Part shown: in pieces, positions 1-11,766 of the stretch
Layout of the letters: each line of letters opens with the position of its first letter
Position numbering within the stretch: the stretch's first letter is position 1
Source of the DNA: Octopus vulgaris
Lineage: Eukaryota
Direction: 5' to 3'
Length of the DNA stretch: 64,000 bases
Assembly (NCBI GenBank): GCA_951406725.2
Contig: OX597826.1
Location: 65,720,001 to 65,784,000 of the forward strand
Notes under the pieces: model-generated
The model's database searches: none
What the model was told of the DNA's origin: nothing
The model's input: the letters and a program-made list of their open reading frames with translations, nothing else
Made by a program: the position numbers and the translations under genes

Positions 1-1101
1 ATACCATATGGATAGAGTATATATTTTGTATTTTTGATTTTGAAATTTTGATTTTGACTCTTGAACTGGTGTGTGAGCGCTACGATGGATTTTGTTTTGT
101 TTCAAGCTATGCAGATTTTAACTCGTATAGCAAAGTCTTATGTTTCTACATATACATTAGGAAAAACCTTCGACTTTGTTTATTTCATGTTATTGTATTG
201 TATAGGATTACCTTGATTATTTATTACCTTGATTATTTATAGATGATCCAAAATAGGGTGTTATATTTTATATGTCTTTCGTATATATATTTTATATGTC
301 TTTCGTATTTTTAAAAAAAGCAATGTTGTCAAAAATTAGAATTTTGATATAAGTATGTGTATAACCATGGATATGTATTTGTAAGCATGCGTATCTGTGT
401 ATGTGTAAGTGAGCGTATGTTTGTGCTTAAGCACACATATACACGACTGTATGTGTATGTATCCATTAGAACTTGTGTATTTGTATACTTGTCTCCATAT
501 ATGTCAATAATGCCGTTACACAGCTTGTATACATAATTTTTTCTTATTTCGTTTTTTTCCCCACCCCTCCTTTTTCTTTTTTCCTTCCCCCTTCTTCGTT
601 CCTTTTTCTCTATCTTCCTTTCTTTCGTCCCCCCCCTTACTCAGTATATGAGAATCGCTACATAGATGATTTTAGCTTGCGTGCGAGATGGTTTGCGTGC
701 ATATATGTACGAATGCATTTATGTGTATATTTATATTTATATTTATACGTCTGTATATGTATGGCGTTTGCACGCATCCTTCTGTGTATGTTGATATATA
801 TATGTACACTTTAATATAAATATGTATTGCAGTGTAATATTTATAATAGGTTTAATTGCTATGCTTTAATTATACTTTCTTCATTAACGTCAATATGTAT
901 TTTATTCAATGTAAGGTTTTTTCCTCGAATTTTATAATTTTTATAAGTTTTTATATATATATACATATATTTTTGACCTTTTTGTTTATTGCTCGAAGAT
1001 TGACCGTTTTTTCTAAAGGGCCAATCAAACAAGTCCATTTTTTTAAAGGTGTAGCGTTTGTAAGAGTCTAGATTGAATTGATATATCGGTTCCATTCTAG
1101 C

Positions 1102-1149
1102 AAAAACTGTCTGATGAACGGCAACGAGAAACTCAGAGTAACAGATTTT
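1102..1149 (+). ncRNA. Minimal type I hammerhead ribozyme (Penelope-like element type)
   Basis: aaaaactgt-CTGATGA-acgGCAAcga-GAAA-ctcagag-TA-acagatttt. Stem I pairs 8 of 9; stem III is ctc/gag; predicted cleavage after 1140. Confidence 0.8.
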
Positions 1150-1246
1150 GTTGAATTTTCTGCTGCTTAAGATAAAGCATATTACTCTACCACTGGTATT
1201 TGAGTACTCTTTTTTCCACCTTGTTTCACATTTATGTATTTACTCC

Positions 1247-1305
<59 letters not shown>

Positions 1306-1368
1306 ATATAACATATTACAATATTTTCACAAAATAAATATAAGAGAGTATATATATATATATATATG

Positions 1369-1530
1369 TAGGTCCCGGGTTGAGTCGGGGTTAACCACAG
1401 TAAATAAGGTACTCAATACATAGCAGAGTAAATTAATTTATTTTATAGAAGGAGTTTACAGGACTAGAACTGTTTCATTCAAAGATGATTTCTTTTGAAT
1501 GAAACAGTTCTAGTCCTGTAGAAGCTCCTT

Positions 1531-1536
<6 letters not shown>
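1369..1536. mobile_element. Penelope-type terminal fragment with fold-back inversion at an HHR remnant
   Basis: Perfect 27-bp inverted arms at 1457-1483 and 1494-1520, plus 12-bp outer arms. The right half reads gatga-tttcttttgaat-GAAA-cagtt-ctagt. Flanked by (TA)n. Confidence 0.55.
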
Positions 1537-1596
<60 letters not shown>

Positions 1597-1609
1597 TATA
1601 TATATATAC

Positions 1610-2017
1610 TCTTTTACTTGTTTCAGTCATTTGACTGTGGCCATGCTGGAGCACCGCCTTTGGTCGAGCAAATCGACCCCAAAACTTATTTTTTGTAAGC
1701 CTAGTACTTATTCTATCGGTCACTTTTGCCGAACCGCTAAGTTACGGGGACGTAAACACACCAGAATCGGCTGTCAAGTGATGTTGGGGGTCAAACACAG
1801 ACACACACACAGACACACAGACACACAGACACACACACACACACACACGCACACATATATATATACATATATACGACGGGCTTCTTTTAGTTTCCATCTA
1901 CCAAATCCACTCACAAGGCTTTGGTTGGCCCGAAGCTATAGTTGAAGACACTTGGGACTGAACCCGGAACTATGTGATTCGTGAGCAAGCTACTTACCAC
2001 ACAGCCACTCCTACGCC
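1610..2017 (-). mobile_element. tRNA-derived SINE, family A (internal microsatellite)
   Basis: Matches many copies in the window: head with B-box-like gggttcagtccc, internal (CA)/(TA) tract, tail ggcggtgctccagcatggcc...gactgaaacaagtaaaag. Confidence 0.85.
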
Positions 2018-2190
2018 TTGTGTGTGTGTGTGTGTGTGTATGTACGTATGTATATATATATATATATATATCACGTGATCACGTGACCGACCAGACCATC
2101 AGATGTTGCTACACATCGCTGGTCACAATGCGTTCGCATTGTTTTAGCCTTCGAATGACGCCACCCCGCTGGCTAAGCGAGCTGGCCATT

Positions 2191-2271
<81 letters not shown>

Positions 2272-3041
2272 CTATTCAATCTTTCTTTCGAGATATATGG
2301 GCTGTAACTGAGAAATTCTCGGAATGAGTTCGAGACGAACGATAATTGAAGAAGTAAACTCAGAAACAAAGTTTAAGTCAATCAACAAACAGAAAACGCA
2401 TAGACGTAAAAGTTTTTAAATATAAAAAAAAAATACATATATTAATACATACTAATACAGATCAATACAAATCTCTCTCTCTACATATATAATAGCATAA
2501 CACATAAATATATAAATAAAGATATAAATTAAAAGAATGTAAAATTATGCGACGTGTGAATATGGTGAGTGCAAACGAAAGAGAACACATTGACAGAAAT
2601 AGCAATAGAGAGTGAAAATAAAATGATAAACCACCTATAGAAAAAGATACAACATATATAAAATTATATGTCATCGAACAGGAAAAAAAGATAAGACAGT
2701 TCAGAGAGCAAATAACTACGTTACTTGAACAGATAAATTTACAATTAAAGATAATAAAGGGAAAATTTTAGCCATTTCTCAGCTGAACGATGAACAAACA
2801 TAATTGATTTTCGAACTTCATTGGGTTCTCATCATAGGAATCTACATCATTCTGACAGTCTCTCAAGAGAAACAAACAGCCAAACTGTTTATATACTCAA
2901 TAAATGCAACAGTTACTCTAAGAAGAAATTCCAAATTTGCATAGGAAAAGTGTTTAAAACTCTATAAATACAAGCGGCCTGTCAACGGGGATTATCAAGG
3001 TATGATATAATAAATATACACACACGCATCTATATATAATA

Positions 3042-3480
3042 TCTCTTATATAAAATCCGTTCTGTCTGTCTGCCTGTGTGTCTTCTCGGATCTCGGGCAT
3101 CCTCCATCAGATTGCGCTCAAATTTGATATGTAGATACCGACGGTATCAGGGCATGTATAAGTCTTGAAAAAATTACAAAATTCGATTCCAGGTGAGAAT
3201 GCGATCGATAAAGCCGTTTTTGTCCTGCTTTTCATCCGTCAACCTGTACATTACTGCACCTTCCATTTTTCGTTGTTTTTGTACTGCTTAAAGGCACGTT
3301 TCTTTCCTGCCAAGCTTACTATTTAAACCCTGTGTGTGTTCCCTCAGTCAACAGCCTTATTATTACTGGTACTTTAAACTCTTCGGTTGTATATTTGTGT
3401 GAATAAAATCGCTTTTGTTTAGAATAGAAAAAAAGTCTATCTTTATTTCTTCTTTAGCTGGTGTCTCAAATTTAGGTTAA
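3042..3480 (+). mobile_element. Helitron-like non-autonomous element, 5' part
   Basis: A|TC start, then tatataaaa and (tctg)n, similar to the start of the element at 14458-14796. The 3' end was not located. Confidence 0.35.
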
Positions 3481-3607
3481 ATCAGTGTTTCTCAAAAGGG
3501 AGGCCTATGGGACGATCGGACATGTTGTTTTGAGAAAATTTAGTTTAAATGTTTGACAGCTCAGCACCGTCCATTGGACGGGGGGGTCGTTTTGCTGTAT
3601 GCACATA

Positions 3608-3638
<31 letters not shown>

Positions 3639-3654
3639 TACATACATACATACA

Positions 3655-3712
<58 letters not shown>

Positions 3713-4370
3713 TCCCCCATCACATATATGCATATATACATCTATGTATCTATGTGTCTGCGTGTGTATGGGGTATGTATGCATGTACGCATGTATGTAT
3801 GTATGTATGTATGTATGTATGTACACACACATACACAAATTCAAGTCAACGGAAAAATTTTCTGCATAGTTACTAGACCTGTTAGAAACAACAGTCAAAT
3901 ATTCCTCCGTGTCATTTTCTGTCATCGTAAAAACGGAGGGCCATTTTGTGGAAAAGAAAAAAAATGAAGGATGTTAGTAAATTGGATGCTTATTACAACA
4001 GCATGTACATACATACCTGGCTGATATTACATATGCACGCTAACACGCACACAACTATATATGCAGACACAAATCTATGACACTTTCTGATTTTTTCTGT
4101 CTGTCTGTCTATCTCCCTTCCTGTCTCTCTCTCTTCCTCTCGCTCCCCCACTCTCTCTATCTATTTTTCATATTCGTTTCAATTTTACTGTTTGTGACTT
4201 TCTCTCTCATTGTATCTTTCTTTCCCCCTTTCCCGCTTTGTCTTTCATATCACCCCTTCGCACCCGTTTCCTCGCTCTCCCTCTCGATCTCTCTCTTTTT
4301 TTCTCCCCCTCTCTTTTTCTCCCGCTCTCTCTCACGCACGAGCACGCGCGTGCACGCGCACGCACACACA

Positions 4371-6430
4371 CAGGTGTTTGACGAATAACGTTTAAACCGA
4401 AATTATCCGGAAACAACCGAACCTTTCTTCTTCCCAGTTTTGAGCAGACGACACCTACTTTTGCTTCTTCAACGTACTTTTCTCAAAGACGTCTTCTGTC
4501 AACATTCAAGGTAAAGTATCTTTCTTTTAATTCTTTGAAAAATATCCGCTTCTCAAGTATCAATAGAATTGTACCGAGCCAGTAATTTATTACAAAGTTG
4601 GGAAGACACCTTTCTAAATAGAAAATCGATATTATTTAGACCCTTTGTGGTATTTGCTGTTGACATTTTCAATCAATTTTCGTGAAGAAGTCATTTGAAG
4701 TTTAAACTGAACTTAAAGTACGTTACTGGAATTCATCGAAAGATATTGAAAAAAAGTCCGATCAAATTATGCTTCTTTTAACCTTTTCTAGCATTTCTCT
4801 GTTTCTCCTATCTCTATCGCTTTTGCTCACATATACAAACAAGCGCCGTACGAACTACTCAACGACGATAACTAAAGAAACTTTGGATCTTTTCGGTTTG
4901 AACGGCAGTTTTTTTAAATAATTTCCACGTAACTAAATACTTTTAAACTTCGTATACTGGTAGAATGTGTTTATAAAACATCTTTTTCTCTTGGCTTTAT
5001 TGAGAAAATTCTATAGTTTGTAAGATATTTGTTGTTTTTTATTCTTTGATTTCTGCAATTTCAACCAATCAATGACGTCTATTGAGGTAAAAAAAAAACA
5101 TTCTGTGCCGTATGAATATGTCCCTCGTTTAAGAAACAGATTGGGTTTATTTACATTTCTGAAGAAAAAAAAGATACCCTTCCCCCCACCCTACCCCTAA
5201 CCCTAACCCTAAAACAGATTGAAATGCAATAGATCGATACTAGGGTCATAACTATGGGTGACAATTTCATATGATACCGCTAGAAAAACTGCCGTTCAAA
5301 CCGAAAAGATCCGGAACTTTTATTCTATTACATTTTCTCTTTCCTTATGCGTCAACTTAATATTATTAACTGTGGACGTTCCTTAGATTTTAAGTGTTCT
5401 TACTATTTGCATGTGACATACATAAATACATATACACATACACGCACACTGCGCACACACACATATACACACACACATACGCACACACGCACACACACAG
5501 AGGTGTTTGACAAATAACGTTTAAACCGAAATTATCCGGAAACAACCGAACCTTTCTTCTTCCCAGTTTTGAGCAGACGACACCTACTTTTGCTTCTTCG
5601 ACGTACTTTTCTCAAAGACGTCTACTGTCAACATTCAAGGTAAAGTATCTTTCTTTTAATTCTTTGAAAAATATCCACTTCTCAAGTATCAATAAAATTG
5701 TACCGATCCTGTAATTTATTACAAAGTTGGGAAGACACCTTTCTAAATAGAAAATCGATATTATTTAGACCCTTTGTGGTATTTGCTGTTGACATTTTCA
5801 GTCAATCTTCGTGAAGAAGTCATCTGAAGTTTAAACTGAACTTAAAGTACATTACTGGAATTCATCGAAAGATATTGATAAAAAGTCCGATCAAATTATG
5901 TTTCTTTTAACCTTTTCTAGTATTTCTCTGTTTCTCCATTTCTATCGCTTTTGCTCACATATACAAACAAGCGCCGTGCGAACTACTCAACGACGATAAC
6001 TAAAGAAACTTTTATTCTATTACATTTTCTCTTTCCTTATGCGTCAACTTAATAGTATTAACTGTCGTTCCTTAGATTTTAATTGTTCTTACTATTTGCA
6101 TTTTATGCGACATACATACATATACACATACATACACACGCACACACACACACACACACACGCTCTCTCACACACACACACATATACACACACGCACATA
6201 TACACACAGGTGTTTGACAAATAACGTTTAAACCGAAATTATCCGGAAACAACCGAACCGTTCTTCTTCCCAGTTTTGAGCAGACGACACCTACTTTTGC
6301 TTCTTCGACGTACTTTTCTCAAAGACGTCTTCTGTCAACATTCAAGGTAAAGTATCTTACTTTTAATTCTTTGAAAAATATCCACTTCTTTAGTATCAAT
6401 AAAATTGTACCGAGCCAGTAATTTATTACA
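4371..6430 (+). repeat. Tandem array of a ~600-bp unit (copies start at 4371, 5501, 6208), separated by (CA)n
   Basis: Near-identical units beginning aggtgtttgac..ataacgtttaaaccgaaattatccggaaac. The third copy is truncated; a diverged fourth copy lies at about 6785-8400. Confidence 0.95.
4885..5312. mobile_element. MITE, Merlin-like (GG termini, 8-bp TSD), with internal (CCCTAA)n
   Basis: 29-bp TIR ggatcttttcggtttgaacggcagttttt; TSD gaaacttt/ggaacttt. The empty site is visible in the next tandem unit at about 6005. Confidence 0.85.
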
Positions 6431-7119
6431 TATATATATTATGTAAATAAATTTTTGTATATGTATTTGTGTTTGTATGTATGGATATTTATATGCAATG
6501 CTTGTCCGTGTTTATAGATAGTCGTTCGAGCATTTACAGTCGTGTTGTGCGTGCGTGTGTGTGTATGTATAGCAGTGTGTTAAGAAGTTTGCTTCCCAGC
6601 CACACGGTTTCAGGTTCAGTCCCACTGCGTAGCACCTTGGGCAAGTGCCTTCTATTACAGCCCCGAACCGACCAAAGCCATGTAAGCGAATTTGTTACAG
6701 AAACTAAAAGAAACTCGACGATAGCTTAGTCATATGACTTTTGCTCCATGATAGGATTGTACCCTTGACGGAGAGTATTCCATAAATATCAACGTTGAAA
6801 GTGGAGTACATTAATTATTTAATTCATTGAAAAATATTCATTACTTCTTTACCACATATAAAATTGTGCTTAGCAATTAATCACAAAGTTTGGAAGACAG
6901 ATTTCTAAAGAGAAAATTGATATTGTTTAGAGAATTGATTCTCAACCAGTTTTTTTTTTTTTTATCTTTGGACCCCTCTGATTACTATTTTATTCTGGTG
7001 AACCCCTGTAGCCATTCCATGTTTAAAAACTAGTTTCATACTAGTTTCATAGATACTTCTTTCAAAATTCCTATTGTGTTTTATACACGTTCACTCTTTT
7101 AGTTTGAAGTATGTATAAT

Positions 7120-7707
7120 CTTTTCTACTCTAGGCACAAAGCCCGAAATTTTTGAGAGGGTGTCAGTCGATTAGCTCGACCTCAGTACGCAACTGGTACT
7201 TAATTTATCGACCCCGAAAGGATGAAAGGCAAAGTCGACTTCGGCGGAATTTGAATTCAGTACGTAAAGACAGACGAAATACCACTAAGCATTTCGCCCG
7301 GTGTGCTAACGTTTCTTATTTCTTTATTGCCCACAATGGGCTACACACAGAGGGGACAGACAAACGGATTAAGTCGATTATATCGACCCCAGTGCGTAAC
7401 TGGCACTTATTTAATCGACCCCCGAAAGGATGAAAGGCAAAGTCGACCTCGGCGAAATTTGAACTCAGAACGTAGCAGCAGACGAAATACCTATTTCTTT
7501 ACTACCCACAAGGGGTTAAACACAGAGAGGACAAACAAGGACAGACAAACGGATTAAGTCGATTACATCGACCCCAGTGTGTAACTGATACTTAATTTAT
7601 TGACCCCGAAAGGATGAAAGGCAAAGTCGACAAAGAACGTAACGGCAGACGAAATACGGCTACGCATTTCGCCCGGCGTGCTAACGCTTCTGCCAGCTCG
7701 CCGCCTT
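7120..7707 (-). mobile_element. SINE family B (Meta-domain-like core), three tandem partial units
   Basis: Repeated core aactggtacttaatttatcgaccccgaaaggatgaaaggcaaagtcgac; head with B box gagttcaaattcc on the minus strand. Confidence 0.85.
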
Positions 7708-7804
7708 TGAAGTACATATGTTAGAGAAAGAAACTGAGCTGTTTCTTATAATAAATATATCTAGGAAAATTGAAATATTACCATGTTTCTCCAATTTACT
7801 ATTT

Positions 7805-8229
7805 GGATCTTTTCGGTTTGAACGGCAGTTTTTTCTAGCGGTGTCATATGAAATTGTCACCCATAATTATGACCCTAATATCGATCTATTGCATTTCAAA
7901 CTGTTTTAGGGTTAGGGTTAGGGTTAAGGGTGGGGGGAAGGGTATATTTTTTCTTCACAAATGTAAATAAACCCAATCTGTTTCTTCAACGTGGGACATA
8001 TTCATACGGCACAGATGCTTTTTTTTTTTACCTCAACAGACGTCATTGATTGGTTGAAATTGCAGAAATTGAAGAAAAAACAACAAATATCTTACAAACT
8101 ATATAATTTTCTCAATAAAGCCAAGAGAAAAAGATGTTTTATAAACACATTCTACCAGTATACGAAGTTTAAAATTTTTTATTTACCTAGAAATTATGTT
8201 AAAAACTGCCGTTCAAACCGAAAAGATCC
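7805..8229. mobile_element. Second Merlin-like MITE copy, opposite orientation, with (TTAGGG)n
   Basis: Same 29-bp TIR; perfect 8-bp TSD tactattt at 7797-7804 and 8230-8237. Confidence 0.9.
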
Positions 8230-8502
8230 TACTATTTTATTTGCAATCTTTTATGGACCCTGGTTGAGAACCACTGGTTTAGAGTCTAAGATTTAGACCG
8301 TTACCGGTTTTTGGTGTTGATATTGTTATCGCACCGAAACAACCTGAAGTGTAAACAGTACGCTATTGAATTCATTGAAAAGACTAAATCAACTTATCTC
8401 TTCTATAAAATCATGGGTGATTATAATTATTTGTTTAAAATTGGGTCTATCTCGCTTATTAACGACACAATAAAAGTGAAGAGAGAGACTAAACGCTTAT
8501 CA

Positions 8503-8670
8503 AGGCGGCGAGCTGGCAGAAACGTTAGCACACCGGACGAATCGCTTAGCGGTGTTTCGTCTACCGTTACCTTCTGAGTTCAAATTCCGCCGAAGTTGAC
8601 TTTGCCTTTCATCTTTTCGGGGTCGATAAATTAAGTACCAGTTAAGCACTGGGTCGATTACATCGTCCCC
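8503..8670 (+). mobile_element. SINE family B
   Basis: ggcggcgagctggcagaaacgttagc...gagttcaaattccgcc...gcctttcatc. Confidence 0.8.
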
Positions 8671-10377
8671 AGGACTTATTTTTTTTATATGCCCAGTACT
8701 TATTCTATCGGTTTCTGCTAAGTTATGGGGCGTAAATATACGGACATCGGTTGTCAAGACACAAAGACTCATATATACGTACACACACACATATATATAT
8801 ACATATGTGTATACATGTTAAACTGATTCACAAAATCAGACCCCTTTAATTTTACTCAGATTGTTTTCAATTTTGGTGTATCGATGCAACTATGAATTTT
8901 GATTACGATCAACTAATTACTTTATCTCGCAAATTAAAGAATCTGATGTTATTTGGAATTAAAGTTGGGAAAATTTGGGAAATTTTAGTCAATCAACAGA
9001 CAGCAAGGCATTAATAGCTTGTTACCATGACAACTGCACGTTATGTTGTGTTGATTCTTCACACCACAAGATTTACTTCATCCGCGTTTTAATAAAAATT
9101 ATATTTATCAATTAGAAATGTAGATATTTTTTGCTAATTGTCTTAATGATTTACATATTTTTCACATAGTTTACACATATTTTGTGATGTTTTTTTTGTG
9201 TTTACATTTGTTGCAATGAATGCCTTTCAGTTTAAACCCAGGTCAGGCCAGAATGAACCTTCTGTATTTTTATTGAAGATGTGGGACAACACTATTTGAT
9301 GTGTCCTTCATTTTTAAAATGTTAGAGCATAGAGTGAGGGAGATTTGGCTGTTATTTCTAGCAAATTGAACAACCACACAGAGATTACTTCATTGGCTCA
9401 TTTGCTGTTGTGTACAAGTACACAAAAACTAAAGGAAAATGGATCTCCATCTGTTTCTAGGATGATTATTCCAGTTGTATAATCAACTGAATTGGTTACA
9501 CATTCAACTGGTACTTATATTATCAACCCTCAAATAAAATAAGTACCAGCTGAATAATTAACAGGATCTAAAAGGGTAACACTTCATTTAATTTACAAAA
9601 TTTGAAAATATAGCACCTGTGCCTTTCTATTTCTGTTATACTTCAGTCTCTTAACACCTGGCAAAAAGCCACATCCCACTTACTACTCCACCCCTCCAGC
9701 ATCCCCTCAATGAAGGGGACTTTTCTGTTTTTGTGAATTACCTGGAAGCCTCTCTAGTGCCACTGCCATGAAAATAGTACTCAGTACACTTTATAAAGTG
9801 GTTGGCATGGTAATAAGGGTGTCTAGCTATAGAAACTACCAAAATAGACATTGAAGCTTAATGATGTCCTCTGGCATGTCAGATCTTGTTGGATAATTCA
9901 ACCCATGCCAGCATGGAAGCCAGACGTTAAGTAATGATACCAATGATGATGATGATGATGGCAGTATCAAAGCAGATGATAATGTAGGCACCCTAATTGT
10001 AGAGTAACAAGATCTGAAAGAAAATGTCTACCAAAGATAAAGAAGAAATAATGGATTTATGTTAATTACTGATATCAAAGCAGTCATTTATTTCAACCGG
10101 TTGAATCAACCGTAATGACCTTCTTTCTTAGTCTTTCTCTCTTTCTCTTTCTCTCCTTCTCCCTCCAAACACATGACTTGTACAAGCAGATTATTCTGGT
10201 ATCAGCCAGGGATATTTTCACTTTAAGCAGAAACTAGTTGAGTGTTAATGATGATAGTTATACAATCCTAATGAAATTGAAAATACAAAAATAAATAAAT
10301 GAATCCCCAGTTATGGACACTTTGACTACAAGACACCCCAGCGACAATGTCACTGACCTCAATATCTGTTGCAATTA

Positions 10378-10590
10378 AGGTGGGGAGCTGGCAGGATTGC
10401 TAGCATGCCAGGCAAAGTGTTTAGTGGCATTTCATCTGTCTTTACATTCAGAGTTCAAATTCTGCTTAGGTCAACTTTACCTTTCATCCGTTTGGGGGTC
10501 ATTGAAATAAGTACTGGTAGAGTACTGGGGTCGATGTAATCAACTTACCCCCTCCCCCAAAGTTATTGGCCTTGTGCCAAAATTTGAAAC
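10378..10590 (+). mobile_element. SINE family B, old CpG-decayed copy
   Basis: Diverged match to the family B head and core. Confidence 0.7.
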
Positions 10591-11071
10591 TAATATTTGC
10601 TGCAGTATTTTCTCTTATTTATTTAGTAATCTTTTGTTTTATGATCAACAAATGAAAGATCAAACATGACACCCTTCAAGGTTCATCATCATTTAGTGCC
10701 TCTTCCTTTAATACTGAATGATTTAACAGGGATTGGCCATCCAAAGAGCTGTTCCAGGCTCTTCTCTCTGTTTTGGTATGGTTTTACAGCTGGATACCCA
10801 TGTGGAACATGTTGAATATAGGCACTTCACTTTCTTCCACACACTTTTTGGTTTCCTCAAAATTCTTTTGGATTCTTCTTTTTAACATTAAAACTTTAAT
10901 TTCTTAAGTCCCCCACTGAAAAAGAAAAAGAGATTTGGTTTTCAACTCATTTTGAAATTTCATTCTTTTTGAGGAATTCTATGTTGTAAAATACCAAAAT
11001 GGTTATTTAGATAAAAAGGCGTTTCATAAAGTTTTAATTTCTTTTAACTGCTTTCAATTAATTTATACTTT

Positions 11072-11495
11072 CTGCGAAGACATGTTGGGGCAAGTGAAAT
11101 CGAAATCGAAATAGAAATTGAACCAATCCTATGACTGGCACCCGGCAGATGCCAGGACCCCTGGACTGGTGGTATGTAAAAAGCACTATCCGACTCGTGG
11201 CTGATGCCAGCGCCGCCTCGACTGGCTTCCGTGCCGGTGGCACGTAAATTGCACCAATCTGACCGTGGCCGTTGCCAGCCTCGCCTGGCACCTGTGCGGG
11301 TGGCATGTAAAAAGCACCCACTACACTCACGGAGTGGTTGGCGTTAGGAAGGGCATCCAGCTGTAGAAACATTGACAGATAAGACTGGAGCCTGGTGCAG
11401 CCTTCTGGCTTCCCAGATCCCCGGTCGAACCGTCCAACCCATGCTAGCATGGAGAATGGACGTTTAAACGATGATGATGATGATGATGATGATGA
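11072..11495 (+). mobile_element. Retroposon 3' region with (GAT)n tail and internal ~70-bp repeats
   Basis: Three ggtggcaygtaaaaagcac-like units; ggttggcgttaggaagggcatccagctgtagaaa; ends in (GAT)n. A diverged relative lies at about 9750-9960. Confidence 0.65.
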
Positions 11496-11719
11496 TTTGG
11501 TGTTCATAAAATGAAGAAATACCATCCATTTATTGTTATTGTTTAACTAGTTTCAGTCATTTGACTGTGGCCATGCTGGGGCATAACCTTCTATGGTTTA
11601 GTCAACTAAATCAACTCTAAGTTAATTTGATCTGTCAGTCTTTCTTTGTGAACTGCTAAGTTACAGCACCAGCACCGAGTTGTCAAGTGATGAGAAATAA
11701 ACATAAACACAACAGACAT

Positions 11720-11766
<47 letters not shown>

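Larger units (their letters stand above)
6933..8276. mobile_element. hAT-type non-autonomous element containing nested SINEs and a MITE
   Basis: TIRs aattgattctcaacc / ggttgagaaccactg; 8-bp TSD gtttagag at 6925-6932 and 8277-8284. Confidence 0.8.

Noticed and set aside
2795-2840. Minus-strand HHR-like string atgatga-gaac...gttc-GAAA
   Set aside because: Stem II is good, but the core C is missing and no stem I, stem III or UH site could be assigned.
5189-5212. (CCCTAA)n as a telomere or chromosome fusion site
   Set aside because: Only 3-4 units, and internal to a TIR element present twice.
4371-6430. CRISPR-like or satellite interpretation of the repeats
   Set aside because: Units are about 600 bp without a repeat-spacer pattern; eukaryotic context; no cas genes.
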